Position numbers and translations under genes: made by a program. 64,000 nucleotides of DNA, from positions 622,001 through 686,000 of the forward strand of contig MU058103.1 of the NCBI GenBank assembly GCA_013265495.1, given 5' to 3'. The notes under the pieces are model-generated. The model worked only from the letters and a program-made list of their open reading frames with translations, was not told the DNA's origin and made no database searches. Source of the DNA: Vicugna vicugna. Its lineage: Eukaryota. Positions 1-13,759 of the stretch are shown here, piece after piece; positions within the stretch are counted from its first letter, which is position 1; each line of letters begins with the position of its first letter.

Positions 1-1499
1 TGAGAAATTTTTGTTTGATATTTTATTGTAAGCTACTTTGAAATGGGTTGTAATCATAAATTCTTTCTATTACTCAGTGGATATCACTTAACTAATTTCA
101 ATTTAAATTGTTGCAACTGAACAAGTAATACAGCTGTGGCTCACTGTCCTTCTTCGTCCAACAGACATATGAGCTGAACAATTCCTAGAAAAGACTCTAC
201 CCTGTGTGAGTTATGTCACTTTAGTCAGTGATTCAATCTCCTTCAGCGTCAATTTCTTACCCTGTAGCTGGGATGATGATCGTTGCTAGACAGCTGTTTT
301 ACAAGATGCTCTGTATATGAGTCCCAGGAATGTGTGAGTCTGGCATGTGTGTTACCTGGATAAAGCTGAAATTCTCTCATTATATTGGAGAAGACACAGG
401 GAATAAATAAGTATACAAGAGTAACAAAGTACCCCTCTTTTCCGAGTGGTTGCTCTAGTGTTGATAATGAGCAAATGCATAGGTAATGACCTCGCTCGTC
501 TTTAGAAACAAAGCTGGGACACATAGACTGTAATAACTCACATAATTCTAGGTCTCACTCCAACTTACAATTGTAGAACCTTTTCAAAACCCACAAAAGT
601 TTTACACTAGAATCGGTGGGAGTTCTAGGAGGCAGTTTCATGTGTGCTCGTATGCAACCTTCTCGTGTTCTTCTCATCCCTCTGTCCCTTGTTTCTGTGA
701 TCTACTTCTGAGAGTCCTTGGGGATGAGATCTCAGATCTCCACGCTCACCTTGCACTGCCCTCAGCTACCAGTGTCCAGTATGGCTGGGCAGGAGTCCAC
801 GCCAAAGAGTCAGGCTACAACGCAGTCACCACTGTCCCTCACTGCGTCTGCAGGGCGGAGCCAATGCTTGGTGTGAAGTAGGAGCTTAAAAACATCTATG
901 CAAAGAGTGAATAAGGGTTACCAAAGGCTTTCCTGGAAATCGAAACATATTAGAGCCATACTGTGGTCAGTGCAGAAGGATGGAGGATGGCTCTTTGCTC
1001 TCTTCCCTGTCTCACTTTTAGGAAGCTGGCACGCTTTTGCTACTTTGTCAGGGAGGGAGCCCCTGTGAAAACAGCACCCTCTGTTTCTGCAGGCAGATCT
1101 TTCTTCAGAAAGACTGAAGCCAAGATCCTACTCCTTTTAGTGGGCCTGGGGCCAACACAGCGTCTAAGGAAAACGTCGCTATTCTTTCCTTTCACCTTCT
1201 GTTCTGGAATTGCTGCTTCCTCTCTCCCAGCCCCACTGACATCTCCGTATGTGGAGGGAAAAGAGAGAATTTAGTCCTATTGCCATTACTAGTTTGCCTT
1301 GATATATCTAATTTCCTAACTAAACTCAAATGTTTGCTGCTGCTTCAAATAGATACTGCAAAAGGGAAATCAAAATTTTAAATATAAACTATTTAGAAAT
1401 GGACAGAAATAAGAAAAGTTTATGAAATTATGTGATGCAACAGTATCTGTACTCAGAGTAAAATGTGTAGTTTTATATGCCTTTTCATATGCTTTAATA

Positions 1500-1890
1500 A
1501 AATTATTACAAATACATAAACTAAAATTCAACTGTAGAAACTAGAAAATAAACAAAAGAAACCAAGATAGAGAAGTGTTAATGAAAGTAAAAAATTAATA
1601 TATTTAAAACTAAAAGAAAAGTAAGAATGATAAAAGTAAAATATATTTCTGTAAAAAAAAATCAACAGAATAATGAACACCAATAAGTCTGATTCAGAAA
1701 ATATTTAAAAGCAAAAATATACAACATAAGGAATAAAAATTGTGATGTATAACTATAGATACAAGTGAGATTAAACAAAATTATAAAGGAATTGTATTTC
1801 CATAAATATGCAAATAAATTTGAAGTATGTAAAATGGATGACTTTCTAGCAAAACATAAATTATAAAAATTGGCCCAATTATATAGGAAA
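1500..1890 (+). mobile_element. Ancient L1 (L1M) ORF2 remnant
   Basis: A-rich segment 'ataactatagatacaagtgagattaaacaaaattataaagg...tatgcaaataaatttgaa...aaaatggatgactttctagcaaaacataaatta' is a degraded match to L1 ORF2p 'ITTDxxEIxxII...YANKxEN..EMDxFL..YNLPKL'. Confidence 0.7.
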
Positions 1891-2149
1891 TAAATATCAA
1901 GTGTATTATATTTTAAAAATACACTACTATAAAAGTAGTTTTAAAAAATCCACAAGCCTATTTTTAACTTGAAAGTGGAGATGCCTGTTTTAGCACAAGA
2001 TCACACAGTGGTCATCAACAGAATAGCAACATATGTATACTATATGTATATTAATAAGCAAATTTAAATATAAAGCACTTATCTGTGGCTAAATGCCATA
2101 CATAAAGTTAAAAGACAATGACATGCTGCTGGGAAATGGAGCACATAGA

Positions 2150-2880
2150 ATAGACATAGGGCTTCATCACATGTATTTTCTATAAATAAATTTTTGAAAG
2201 AGATAAACAACCAAATAGAAAACTGAAAAAAAAAATTCAGAAAGAAGAAAGAATGAAATGCACATGACATGAAAAGATGGTTAAACTAATTACAAAATTC
2301 AGGGAAATCCTGCATGTTTTGTCCATAAAATTGGCAGAAATTTTAACTGTTGATAATACCAGTATTGACAGGTATCTGGGAAGTGTCATTCTCATATAGT
2401 ACAAGAGGCAAATATAGACTGGTGAAAATATTTTGGAGAGTAATTTGATGCCTTGATGAAAAATTGAAATACAATCCCCATTTTTATGAATTTGCCACAG
2501 TGATGTCTTGGGCTTACAAATAGGTAAGAGAGTCATTGCAGCATTACGGTAATGTTGAAAACAGTGGGAAACTTAAACTCCAATTGACTAGCAAATGGCA
2601 GTGGTACATGTATATGAACTAAATTCAAAAAAATATGCAAAGTTTTGCTATGAAAAAGATCATGGTGTTATATGACAAAATTCCATTTAAAAGTATATAC
2701 ATTTGTGTATGAAATGTCTCTGTATAAGATACATAGCCTAATATATGCTTAAATCATCAAAGATGCAAGTTTATGTATCAAATGGTTAACAACAATTATT
2801 TCTGAAAGGTGTTGTAGGAGGGAGGGGTGGAGGGAGGGACGTTTCCACTTTGGACTTTATATATTTCAAAAAAACAAGGT
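2150..2880 (+). mobile_element. Ancient L1 (L1ME-like) ORF2 end and 3' region
   Basis: 'catgaaaagatg...aaattggcagaaatttt...tgataataccagtattg...ttttggagagtaatttg' resembles the decayed ORF2 3' end and 3'UTR of L1ME. Confidence 0.6.
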
Positions 2881-2924
2881 AATGGGATAGCAGGTGGCTT
2901 TCTTAAACTTCTACATTTTTTCTG

Positions 2925-3194
2925 CCTTTTATTGAAGTTAGTTGATTTACAATGTGTTAGTTTCTGGTGTACAATATCGTGATTCATTTATATACATATA
3001 TATTCTTTTTCATATTCTTTTTTATTATAGGCTATTATAAGCTACTGAATATAGTTTATCTGTTTTTTATATAGTAGTTTGTATCTGCTTGTCCCAAACT
3101 CCTGATCTATCCCTCTCCCTGCCCCTTTCCCCTTTGGTAAATGTAAGTTTGTTGTCTACATGTGTGGGTCTTTTCTGTTTTGTAAACAAGTTCA
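2925..3194 (-). mobile_element. Short L1 3'-terminal insertion (artiodactyl-type L1 tail)
   Basis: 'ttttattgaagttagttgatttacaatgtgttagtttctggtgtaca...tttgtaaacaagttca'; homologous to the copies at 19.9, 33.5, 43.7 and 54.3 kb. Confidence 0.85.
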
Positions 3195-4911
3195 AAACAT
3201 TTCTCTCTTGTGGTTTTCTATAGTTTTTAAATTAGATGAAATATATTAAAAAGCAAGTCACGGAGCTTAAGTGTTCTATTAAAGAGATGTGGCCCAAGCT
3301 GTGAGGGTCAGTTAGAGGGGATGCAGTGAATACAGTCTGTTCAAGGGAGAAGCATATCTTCAAGAACTCTGGATATTGTGACTCTTATGAGGAAAGACAA
3401 GTCTGATCCTTTAAATATTGTCCTAGTAGGTTTTAAACTTCATTTGGGGGATGTAGTACATGTCTTTTAAGCTTGATTTTCTTATTGTCCAGTTCAAACC
3501 CATGTCATTCCCATACATCAGCTTGTTGCTTTTTTAGGAAGCACGAAGAGACCTCATCTAATGCATTGTCTTCAGACTGTGAGTTGTGACAGATTCCTAG
3601 GTTGTAGAGACATTTTAGCGGGTCCTGACCAGCATGTCTTAGAAAATAAAATAAGGATGGAACAAAGAGTATTATATATAATAAGATAACCTATTATTTC
3701 ATGGACCTTTGGCTTTAGGTGTATAGATGAGTAAACTAGGTTCAGATGTAAAATGTATTTTTTATTGTGAGTCAATGACAAAATGCTTGAAAGCCATTGG
3801 TCTAAACACGAATCTAGAAATAACCAAGTGTCGTCTCATGGATGCCTCTGCAGCTCCTGTGATCTGTAAATTTCTTGGAGAAGTGTCCAAGTCAGGACTT
3901 CATGCCAGCAAATGGCAAATTTCATTATTTAGGTTTTTACCATTATAACTCAGTGATTTCAGATCTTGAAACTTTTGCTTTTATTTTTTCTCCATCGTGC
4001 GACGGGTACTTTAAAATTCCATACATTTTTGAAAGGACTTACACTTTCATGGTGTGCCTTTTAAAATAATGTACATGGCATTGTGTTTGGTAGTCCTCAA
4101 ATCCATCGGGGGGAAAAAGTAAAGTAAAACAAGCATAGTCACATTATGAAAGAATACCAAAGTCATATGGATTTGTAAAGTAATGTACAAGACTTCAAAG
4201 TTCTGTCTCTCCTGCAGGAATCACTGCAGGTGCTCTGCCCCCAAATCCCAAGGGCACCCATTCACTCTCCTGTGCTCAAGAGCCCTTCAGTGGAGAAGCC
4301 CTGCTGTAAGCCATTGTAAGCCAGACCCATAATTAGCAAGTGACACCTCTGCAGAAATTCATTGACATGTAACTGAGAAAGGAAAAGGTGTCATTGAATA
4401 GGAATTGTGAAGGTAATAACTTCTGGCTGCGCTGGGCAATTTTGTTTTCAAGGAAGAGAAATTCAGTCAGATTAGCTCAATTACTGGAGATTTATTATAG
4501 AGATAAACAGAATTAACAATCATAATAATAACAGCAACAGGAATATCATGGGGAAACAAAAAATAGCCCTGTGCCTTGAAATGGAACTTCACTGGCTCTT
4601 AAATGGTCATTGTGGATCCAGGAAGCAAGTGATCAGGTATTTATTGTGGCTTATGCAGAAAAGGTGACAATTTTCTGTTTTTCTGCTTCTCCAAGCTGCC
4701 AACCCGATCACAGGTTATAATTTTGGGAAGAGGGTTTGTGCTTAGTTGTATCTTCTGTACAAAATGTGTCTCATAGCCTCTACCATTTCTTGTCTCTGCT
4801 GCCTGCATGTTTCTAACAACCACTGACTTTCTGTCTGCTCAGTTCATGTTCCCGGAGAGGATTTCTGAGTGGTCTGGCTACCGAGGGTGCTTCCAGCTGC
4901 CAGCTGACGTG

Positions 4912-5005
4912 TGCAGACTCTATAGCCAGATAACCGGGTTCAAAGCCCAGCTTTACTGAGTGCTGGGCATCTGACTTTGGGCTACTTATTTCAATTTCTC
5001 TGCTG
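4912..5005 (+). mobile_element. MIR fragment
   Basis: 'gactctatagccagataaccgggttcaaagcccagc' matches the MIR head and B-box region. Confidence 0.55.
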
Positions 5006-5055
5006 TTTACTTTCACATAAACAGTGCGCCTATGTTTGCAAACACAAATGAAAAT

Positions 5056-5133
5056 TTTCCTTCTTCTTTCCCTCCTCCCTACTTTCTTTACTCCTTCCCT
5101 CCCTCCTTCCACTTCCTTCCTTCCTTCCTTCCA
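5056..5133. repeat. (CTTC)n-type pyrimidine-rich simple repeat
   Basis: Directly visible ttcc/cttc runs. Confidence 0.85.
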
Positions 5134-8100
5134 TTTATTAACTATTTATGATCTCCCAGTTATTAATAGTTCTGATAAGTAGCTGGTCCTCACTTAGACA
5201 TGCTTAAGCTCATGGAGTAGTGAAAATTCTCTTCGATTTAGAATTGAGGTCTTCCCCGCAGCCAGGGGCTACATTAATCAGGGAAGCTGTAGGGATGGGG
5301 GAGCAGGGGGAGCATGGTTGGCTTCCAGTTTCTCTCTGCTAAGCTTTGCTCATCCCTCCAGTTGGCTTTCTTTGTTGGATTTCTGACAAAATCATCCTAC
5401 TCTAGCTCTCTTTTGTGTGCCTAAGTCTGCTCCACAGAAACCCATATCTTTGCTCTGATGTGGTCCAGGCCAACCCCAGAATAGCACAACACCCTCAGCG
5501 TTCCACTGCCAAAGCAGCTAGCCAGACCACCCCTGGCTTCCCCGTGAATCATCCAGAAGTGAGTCGCCACCGTGGATGCATATACCCGACTCCCAAGGGC
5601 CTCCATGTTTTTGTTTTGTTTTGTTCTAAATGTGTAATGGTAGAGTCAAGATGGATGGCTAGATGTTCATAAGACCTGCCAGTTAGTAGGGATTCACCTT
5701 TCTCTTTCCCATTGATAATAGCTGTTGATAACCACTATTTTAAACAGCACAGTGAATGAGCCTAACCGGCCAACGCGTAAATACGTATGTTTCCAATTCG
5801 TACAACTAAGACCCACAAAACGGCCTTGGCAGAGAAGAGAGGTCTGTTTCACCACTCGTTAATCCTTCCAGTCAAAAACTGGTATGAATAAATTCTATGT
5901 ATTATTACCTGTGAAGATGAAGGATAACAGGTATGGAAAATAAGAAGGGAACAGAGAGAGGACTGATATTGATGGCCTACTATGCAATTTTTTATGTCTT
6001 ATCATCTCTAATTCTCAAAAGTATTCCATGAAATGCATACAATTACCCTCATTTTTATTGAGGATGATAGAGATTTTTACAAACAGAAACAAAAAATTAC
6101 AAGATGGCCAAATATCTTTTCCTCTCTATGGAGAAATAGGGACAAGCCTTGCTAATGGGATAACCGATCACATTATAACTCCTTTCAAGGCAAGCAAGAG
6201 TCTATTCTTGATGGTGTGGAGGGAGGGCATATTCCTCTGTATGCTTGTCTTTTCTCTTTCATCTTTTAATTTCAATTTTTTTAAACCAAACCTTCTACTT
6301 GAAAAGGATTAAAAAGGTTCCCTTCCTGTTGAAATAAATAACAAATCTGGGGTTTTAGCCACCTGATGTTCTTTGAAATGGCAATTTCAAGGGAGAAAAT
6401 TAGTGTTGGAGAGCCTGGGACTAAATTTCAACTGTGCCTTTCTAAATTGTGCATGCAAATGGGCAATTAGACCTGCGATGGGTAATTGCATGTCTAAGTG
6501 AACCCTTCCACACATAGCTTAGAAGCCAATTTTGAAGGTTGAATTTGTAGAAGTCCTTATAAATTTCCTCTCCTGGAAGGACCTATGGAATCACATCGTT
6601 AACTTTAATAAGGGAACACCACTCTATTCCAGCCACTTCTCACACACACACACACACAAAAATCATTTGAAAAGGAGAGAATAAAATATGAGTAAACCAT
6701 TTACACATCCCAGAATAATACTGTGAGTATTTTGTCCTTATCTTTCTCAACTAAAATTAATACATCCATGGAATAGTCATACTTTTAATAATGTATTTTA
6801 TAATGCCTATTTTTCCATAATCATTTTATTACTTCCATGTTTTCCTATTTTTATATATCACATCTTATAGAACTAGCATTCAAGTGTTCAATGTTAGGTT
6901 ATTTCTTAACTTCCAGTGTCATAAAATACATTATTAGAAAAATGCAGTGGTAAACATTAAGGCCCATTTACCTTTGCTTGATTCACTAATTATTTCTTGA
7001 AATCACTTCCCCCTTATAAAATTCTGAGTAGCATCATTCTTTTTGACTTTTGTCATACTAGGTGGAAACTATTTTTTCCTAATTGTTTTCATTCATATTT
7101 CAGGTGTGGTCCACATCTTGTAAAGGCCAGTCTTTTGTCTTCAGCTCAGCATTTCTGTGAATGATCTTCCTGGCCTTTAAAAAGCCCTTTCTCTCTTTTT
7201 TCTAGCTAGATCCATTAACTCCCTGCTATACCAAGGAATACAATAAAAAAAATAACACCCAAAAAACACTCATCTTCCTCATTCTCTGCCAAATAAAGCA
7301 ATGTGGTATAACATCCATTCAGTAATTTAATTATGTATGCTTTTCTTCACGTATCCATATCTACTTAAATCACAAACCATAAATATCCTTGGAGACTCAG
7401 GAAAAATCAAGGACTATTAGTCTTTGAATAAAGTATCTTTCTTCCTTCCTTGCCTGTATATCCTTCAATATAGATACTCACATATCCTCTCAAGTAAGAT
7501 GAATGCTTCAATAGTCTCAGTGATAACTACACATATTTAGTTTACAGCAAGTTTAGTGTAGGTGATGAAAAATTCAATAGTAATTTAATTTCATGAAGAG
7601 CTGTGGTCACAGGCCTGGTGTCAACAGGAAGATCTCTTGATACACACGGGCCTAACAACGTATGGATGCAAAGAGTTAGTATCCCACATGTCTAGAAGCA
7701 ATATATCCACTTTGAAAGATATGTAACCTGACTAAAAGTTACTAGCACGTGAAAAATTTAAAATAAAAAATTAAAATTTAAGACAACCCTATTAATGTTA
7801 AAATTATGAGAATTCCAGGGAAAAGGGTTAGCCTATCATGATCATTTAGCAGAAGTAGCCAGAATCAAAACTCTGGAATTTTAAATGAAAATGATTGTTT
7901 TATGGTACAGTAAACCTGTCTATATATATTAATGTTTTATAGACCACTAGAGGATTATGTGCTTTGAAAAGCTATATTGATAGTGAATTAATTTACCTCA
8001 TTGATGAAAAATTAACGAGTATTGGCAAGACACTCCTTTAATTGAATTATTCTATTAAACAGAGTCTTTGTAAATGTTTTGTTAGGTTGTTGGATTGCTT

Positions 8101-8379
8101 ATTTGTTTTGTTCTGATTTTTAACCTTTCAAATGTTTTATGTTAACCACTAGAATATCTAATTTAACTAATGGCATATAAATATATATGTTAAAAAACAA
8201 TTGCTACTGATTTTGAATAAATACATTTGAAAAATTTATCTCTCAGGTTGTTTATGTAAAACTCAATTCATTCATCAAGCCATTTTTATTCATTATTTTT
8301 ATGTTTTACGCTCACTTTTAATGAGCATTTTCTATGTGGAGTATACAAAAGTATACCATGTTCTTCACATGTAAGTGAT

Positions 8380-8800
8380 AATGTCCCATATCACTCTCTT
8401 TCTGAATTGCCACCCTCCAGCAATACCAGAATTCTTTCAATTTTTAACTAATGCCAAGTTCACTCACACTTTTGGAACACTTACCCACCCTTCCTTTTGT
8501 CACCATCCTTCACTAGGTTGTTGGGGTTTTTTTTTCCTTAATTACTCCTCCAAAAGACCCTGGTGTCCTACTCTAAGTTTGATTTTCCTCTTGTGAACTT
8601 CCATAAATGCTGTGTCTTCTGTATTATAACATTTACCATTTTATACTATTCACTGTTAGACTGTGAGGTTCATGGAAACAAGGATAATATCTCTCTTGTT
8701 TGCCCTTGCATCTTCGCTCCCAAGCAGTGCCTGGTAGAAGGAAAGGAACAAATAAATATTTAGTGGATAATCAGATGGGTGAATGGTTGGATAGATGAAG
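8380..8800 (+). mobile_element. L2 3' fragment
   Basis: 'ttagactgtgaggttcatggaaacaagga...cagtgcctggtag...aataaatattt...gaatgg' matches the L2 3' terminus. Confidence 0.7.
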
Positions 8801-8867
8801 CAGTGATATGGGAAAACAAGGCACATTTGTGAATTCTTAGGGGGCAGTGAAAGAAATGCACTAAGTA

Positions 8868-9503
8868 TAGTCGATTCTCATTATTTGCTGTGTTTATGTC
8901 TTGTAAAGTTGCCCAAACCCGGAATTCGTGAATACTGCACCATTGCTCCCAAGAGAAATACAAGGTTAGGTTCCTAGGAGCATCTGGTCACCACATTTTT
9001 GTCAGTTGATCAATATATAACCTTATAGTATGTGTGTCTCTGTTTAAAGACAATTTATTCAGCATATATTGTCCATTCATTAACATCAAACTCATGATTA
9101 ACAATACTATATAACTAGTGCCTGCTTGAAACTATCACATGCATTTTCTCCATAAGGCATATCCCAGCCTTCTTGCACTTAGTAACACTAAAAAGCGCTT
9201 CAGCATTCTGCTTGGGGTCACTTTAAACAGCAAAATCACCAACAAAAAGCACAACAATGCAAAACATGTAGCATTAAATAGGCTGCAAAAAGAGCGCTTG
9301 CTCCCAATAAGGGAGCTGAAACAGGAAAGGAAAGGACTGCCTTATTGCCTCTTGGCTGGCAACGTGTGCATCAGGCAATTCAGTTTTTTGTCTCTCTGCA
9401 CATGTGCATATCTCTGAAGGCCTGTGAACGTGCTATGAGTATTGATTTTGAAGTTACAAACAAATCTGCAAATATGAAATATGCAAATAATAAAGACTGA
9501 CTG
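8868..9503 (-). mobile_element. MER82-like TcMar-Tigger non-autonomous DNA transposon, near full length
   Basis: ~636 bp with degenerate inverted ends (tagtcgattctcattatttgc ... gcaaataataaagactgactg) and a TA at the left end; internal 'tttaaacagcaaaatcaccaacaaaaagcac' and 'aaatacaaggttaggttcct' match recalled MER82 consensus. Confidence 0.85.
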
Positions 9504-9979
9504 CATTCGGTGCTAGTGAAAAAATATGGCTTTTGTTATCAATGAAGATGGGAAACATGAATCAAATAACTACAAAACGAGGCAAACGTAAAGATGCACA
9601 AAGAAAGTGTTAAAGGAATTTGGAAGAAGTGGGCACCACTGTAATCCAATGAGACTTCATGATGGAAGTGGCCTTTAAGCTATATATAGAAGAATAAGCA
9701 GTGTTTTAAAAGAAGAATATAGAAGTGAAGAAAAATCTGAATGAAGAGACATGGCCTTGGGAAATGAATGAGTGTTTAATAATGCTTAGAAAAGCCAGTT
9801 AAAAATGATTGCAATAGGCCATCAAAGGGATTGACTAAACCAACAGTAAGTTAAAAAAAGGCTAAGACAGAGATAAAACCATTGTGCTGGAGGCAGAGAA
9901 AGGGAGATTACAGAAAAAAAAAATAAACTAACCACAGAATTAGACTAATGAAATAGATCTAGGAATGTTATCCACAGAT

Positions 9980-10636
9980 TGTATTTGTTCTCTATTGCTG
10001 CACAGCAGATTACCACAAAATGAGCAACTTAAAACCAGCATAACACTTTTTATCCCACAATCTCCATGGGTCAGGAGTCTAGGCAGAGACTGAGGCTGAA
10101 TCCTCTGCTCAGTATCTCACTAGGCTGCAGACAAGGAGTTGGCTGGGTGGCATTCCTCTCTGGAGCTCAGAGTGCTCTTTCAAGAGCATGTGGCTGTCGG
10201 GAGACTTCAGTTCCTTGATTTTGTAGGACTGAGAACCCCATTTTCTTGCTTGCTATTAGCCTGGGGCTGTTCTCAGTCCCAACATCCTGGCCACACACCC
10301 CTCTCAAGAGCTCTTTCACAACATGGCAGCTCACTTCTCAAAACAAACAGGAAAATCTCTCTTGCTTTAAATTTCTCCCTCCATGCAAAGCCTAAATTCT
10401 CCATTACAGTCACCTGATTAGGTCAGGCCCATCCAGGATAATCTCTGTTTTGATTAACTCAGCATCTCAAAGGGATCTTAGTTACATCTGCAAAATCCCT
10501 GCACCTTTGCCATATAATGTAACCTGATCAAAGAGGGACATCCCATCATAATCACAAGTCCCATTCACACTCAAGGGAAGGGAATTATATAGGGAACAGG
10601 AATCTTGGGGGCAGTCTTTTAATGCTGATCACCATA
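9980..10636 (-). mobile_element. MLT1 (MaLR) solo LTR, MLT1E-like
   Basis: Starts 'tgtatttgttctctattgctgcacagcagattaccacaaa' (reverse complement of the MLT1 3' end); contains 'tgattaggtcaggcccatccaggataatctc' and 'ttacatctgcaaaatccct'; ~650 bp. Confidence 0.85.
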
Positions 10637-11289
10637 AGGATCCATCGAGTTCATGCATGTATGACCCCTCCTCCATTTTTTATTACTATTACTAGTCAAT
10701 CACAACTTCCCTAGACCTATCAGTTCCATGTTTGTGCTTACAGGGGAATCCCTGAGTTGGAATTTGGTTGAAGCTCAGTTTGGCATGTAAATTAGGACAA
10801 AGTTAATCTGCAGAAAAGAGAGAGTAGGCCCTGAGGAGAGATCGCAGGGCAGGTAGAGGAAGAAAACATTTCTGCAGTGCCATGACCAGAGGCAAGGCAG
10901 AGAGGTGTGCTGAGAGGCAGAGAGAGAGGGAAAAAATGAGACAGCTTTGGAGGGTGAGAAGCTTTGGAGGAGTAGACGTGTTGAAAGGAGGTTTTTGAGG
11001 CTGCATTGCTTTGTGTTTCAAAAACTAATATTTCCTGCTTCTCTGGCAACCAATGTCTTCAATAAAATTTGCTCCATTTGTCCTTGTGTTAGAACTGGAC
11101 TTACGTACAGGTTTTATTTGTTGTTATTTTGCTTTGATGCTTGAGACAATGTCTAAAACTTGCTAAAAGTTGGACACTAGAAGATAGACTATGACCAGGT
11201 AGGAGGTTGTTGGACATCCTGTGTGCTCACACGCTCTCTCTCTCATCTTCCTCTCCTTGCTGACCAGGAACCTCTCTTTCAGGCTCTCT

Positions 11290-11878
11290 TTCTCTTTCTT
11301 ATGTGTTTCTAAATCTGATTATGATACTTCCACCAGCCAAGATCTTCCAGTGGGTTCTTATAGTACTTAGAATGCAATTCAGACTCTCACCTGTGATTAC
11401 AAATGCCTAGATAATGAACAGTGGTATCTGGCCACCAATTTTATGTCATCTGTTACTACCTTCCTTTCTCTGTTCACTCTGCTTAACCCCTCTCTCTTTC
11501 TTGAACATGCTAAGCTTGTTCCTGCTCTACTGGCTCCATACTGGTTTCTTCTGCATGGCTAACTTCATCATGTAGTTCAGAGTGCAGAATACATGTTATC
11601 TCCCCAAAGAGGCCTTTCTTAAAAACCCTATGCAACAGAGCCAATTTTCTACTGAAGCGTTCTATTTTAATTGTCTAACTAGCATTTATCACCATCTGAT
11701 ATCATCCTATTTGTTTGTTTATTGTCTGTGTTCTGCCCTCTCACTCCTGCCCCAGGACCGGCCATGAGTTCTTCAAGGTCAGGCAATGTCTCCACTGATT
11801 ATCCATCTATCGCCAGTAGTTAGAATAATTCCTGACACATGGCAGATGCTCTATAATTACTTGTTAATAAATGAATTC
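11290..11878 (+). mobile_element. L2 3' fragment
   Basis: 'aaatctgattatgatacttc...tttcttgaacatgctaagc...cctgacacatggcagatgctc...aataaatgaat' is typical of the L2a 3' region. Confidence 0.7.
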
Positions 11879-11974
11879 ATAAGAGATTAGGATGTGTTGG
11901 GGCTATCTGTCAGCATTTAACATAGTGCATCAGGGAAATAATTAGAGAAAGTTGAATCCAGTTGACAAATAGTG

Positions 11975-12085
11975 ACACAGGTAGGTAATTTGGTAAAGAG
12001 AAAATAGCTCTGGTCTGACCTTTGAGATACTTGGGTTTTAATCTTGTCTCTGCCACTAACTTGCTGTTCGATCTTGGACAAGGGC
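11975..12085 (+). mobile_element. MIR fragment
   Basis: 'cttgggttttaatcttgtctctgccactaacttgctgttcgatcttggacaag' matches MIR. Confidence 0.6.
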
Positions 12086-13194
12086 AAGGGAGGTCTTTTA
12101 GAGCTTAGAGTGAAAAAGCAAGAATATTTACAAAAATTTCTATATACCAAATATGTTGTATATTATTGTCATACTTTTATGGATGAGAAAATGAAGGCTC
12201 TGAGAGATGAAATAATCTAGGATCAGTATGTGCTGGAGCTAGGATTTGAAACCACCTGTATTTGTAGTAAAGTTCTCTTCCAGCTCTGACATTCAGGAAT
12301 CTTGAAACACTATTATTTTCTACTTCCTCTGTAAGACAACTTTCCCCTAATCAGGCATCTATCTTTTTTTTTTTCTCCTGAATAGCTTCTCTAATTTGTG
12401 GAAAAGAGAATAGAAAAATATACGCTGAATGGGAGTTCTGAATACAAGTGTTTTGGGGATGCATGCTCATTTTAACTAGTTTTTGCTTAAAAAAAAAGAA
12501 ATAAAAGAAAAAGTAATAAGCAGAGGTAATATCTACAGAAATGTCTTTTCCATTATCCCTGATAATGTATACTCTTTAAAAAGCCACCTAGCTTGTCTTC
12601 ATCTAAGCATTACATTTTTTCAATCTCCAACTGTTTTGTGTGTTAAATGCTTTCTAAATGATTTGTAAGGTTGATATTTAAACAACTCTTACACAGCCTA
12701 ATCACATAGTTCACTCTTTCGAAATGTCACCATTTTCCCCACTTCCAGTATCTTTATTTAGATGTCAAATTGTGTTAGGATTGCCAATGTTAATTCAGCA
12801 GCAAGCCACGATTGTGTCATATATACCTATTTTATTCTTCTGTAGTCTGGTTCAGGGTAAAACGGCTTCTCATGTGTTTCGCCTGCTTTTTTGCCCCCCA
12901 GTTGTTATTCTTTTAAGTTCCAGGCATGCGTTTGGATTTGCTGAAAATTTCAAAAAGTAGAGATATTTCCTAGATGTACAAGAGTCACCATAGCATTAAC
13001 AAACACTGTTTTGGGCTATGGATGTGTAAGTGTGTAGTGATCCCTGCTTGACTGAGAATTTTGTTCTTTTAAAGGAAGTTATGTTCACTAGGAGAATCTA
13101 AGAGACAGGTCCTTACCACTTCACAAACTTTTGAAGGATATGCGTACCTTCCCTGGTATCTTAAAATAGCCAAAAATTCCCTGCCTAATAATGA

Positions 13195-13380
13195 TAACAA
13201 TAATAACAGAGTAACCATAGCTAATTTTATGAATTCTATGATTATCCTCAGTTTATAGATGAGTAAATTAAATTCAGATAGCCACAGTACCTTCAGCTAA
13301 TAAGGGGCTGACTCAGGGTTCTAACAACAAAATTTGGGCTTTCTGAGTAAAAGAAACTGAGCTTTAAACCACTATGTTTT
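13195..13380 (-). mobile_element. MIR fragment
   Basis: 'attatcctcagtttatagatgagtaaatta' is the reverse complement of the MIR core. Confidence 0.5.
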
Positions 13381-13759
13381 ACATGCCCAGGACTGAACTG
13401 TACTTTCTTGTCTGGCTCTGGTCTGACCTGTCCAATATTTTTCTTCCTTTCACTCAAGAAACATTTACAAGGCATCTAGATTAGAACAACAGAGATACAA
13501 CAATGAATAAAGTTATCTATTTTTAAGCTGCTCAAAGGTTAGCAGAGGTGGTAGGGAAAGGCACGAATGGAAACAAGTGGGTAGATGAGAAAGCTCTGAT
13601 TACAGTTGAGTGGTTTCAGAGATTATTTCCAGGGCCTGTCTAGGTTTTAATCTATGTGTTGAATTAATACATGCTGATGAGGGGAAAGGAGAACAATTAT
13701 TGAATGCTTACTATATGCTAAGCATTGGCTAAGAACTTACATTAATTAAGGTAATTCAG

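Noticed and set aside
930..938. Perfect GAS motif TTCCTGGAA, and similar isolated motifs elsewhere
   Set aside because: Single 9-mers are expected by chance many times in 64 kb and have no supporting context
9139..9417. 92-aa ORF as a possible transposase
   Set aside because: Lies antisense within the non-autonomous MER82-like element; no transposase motifs
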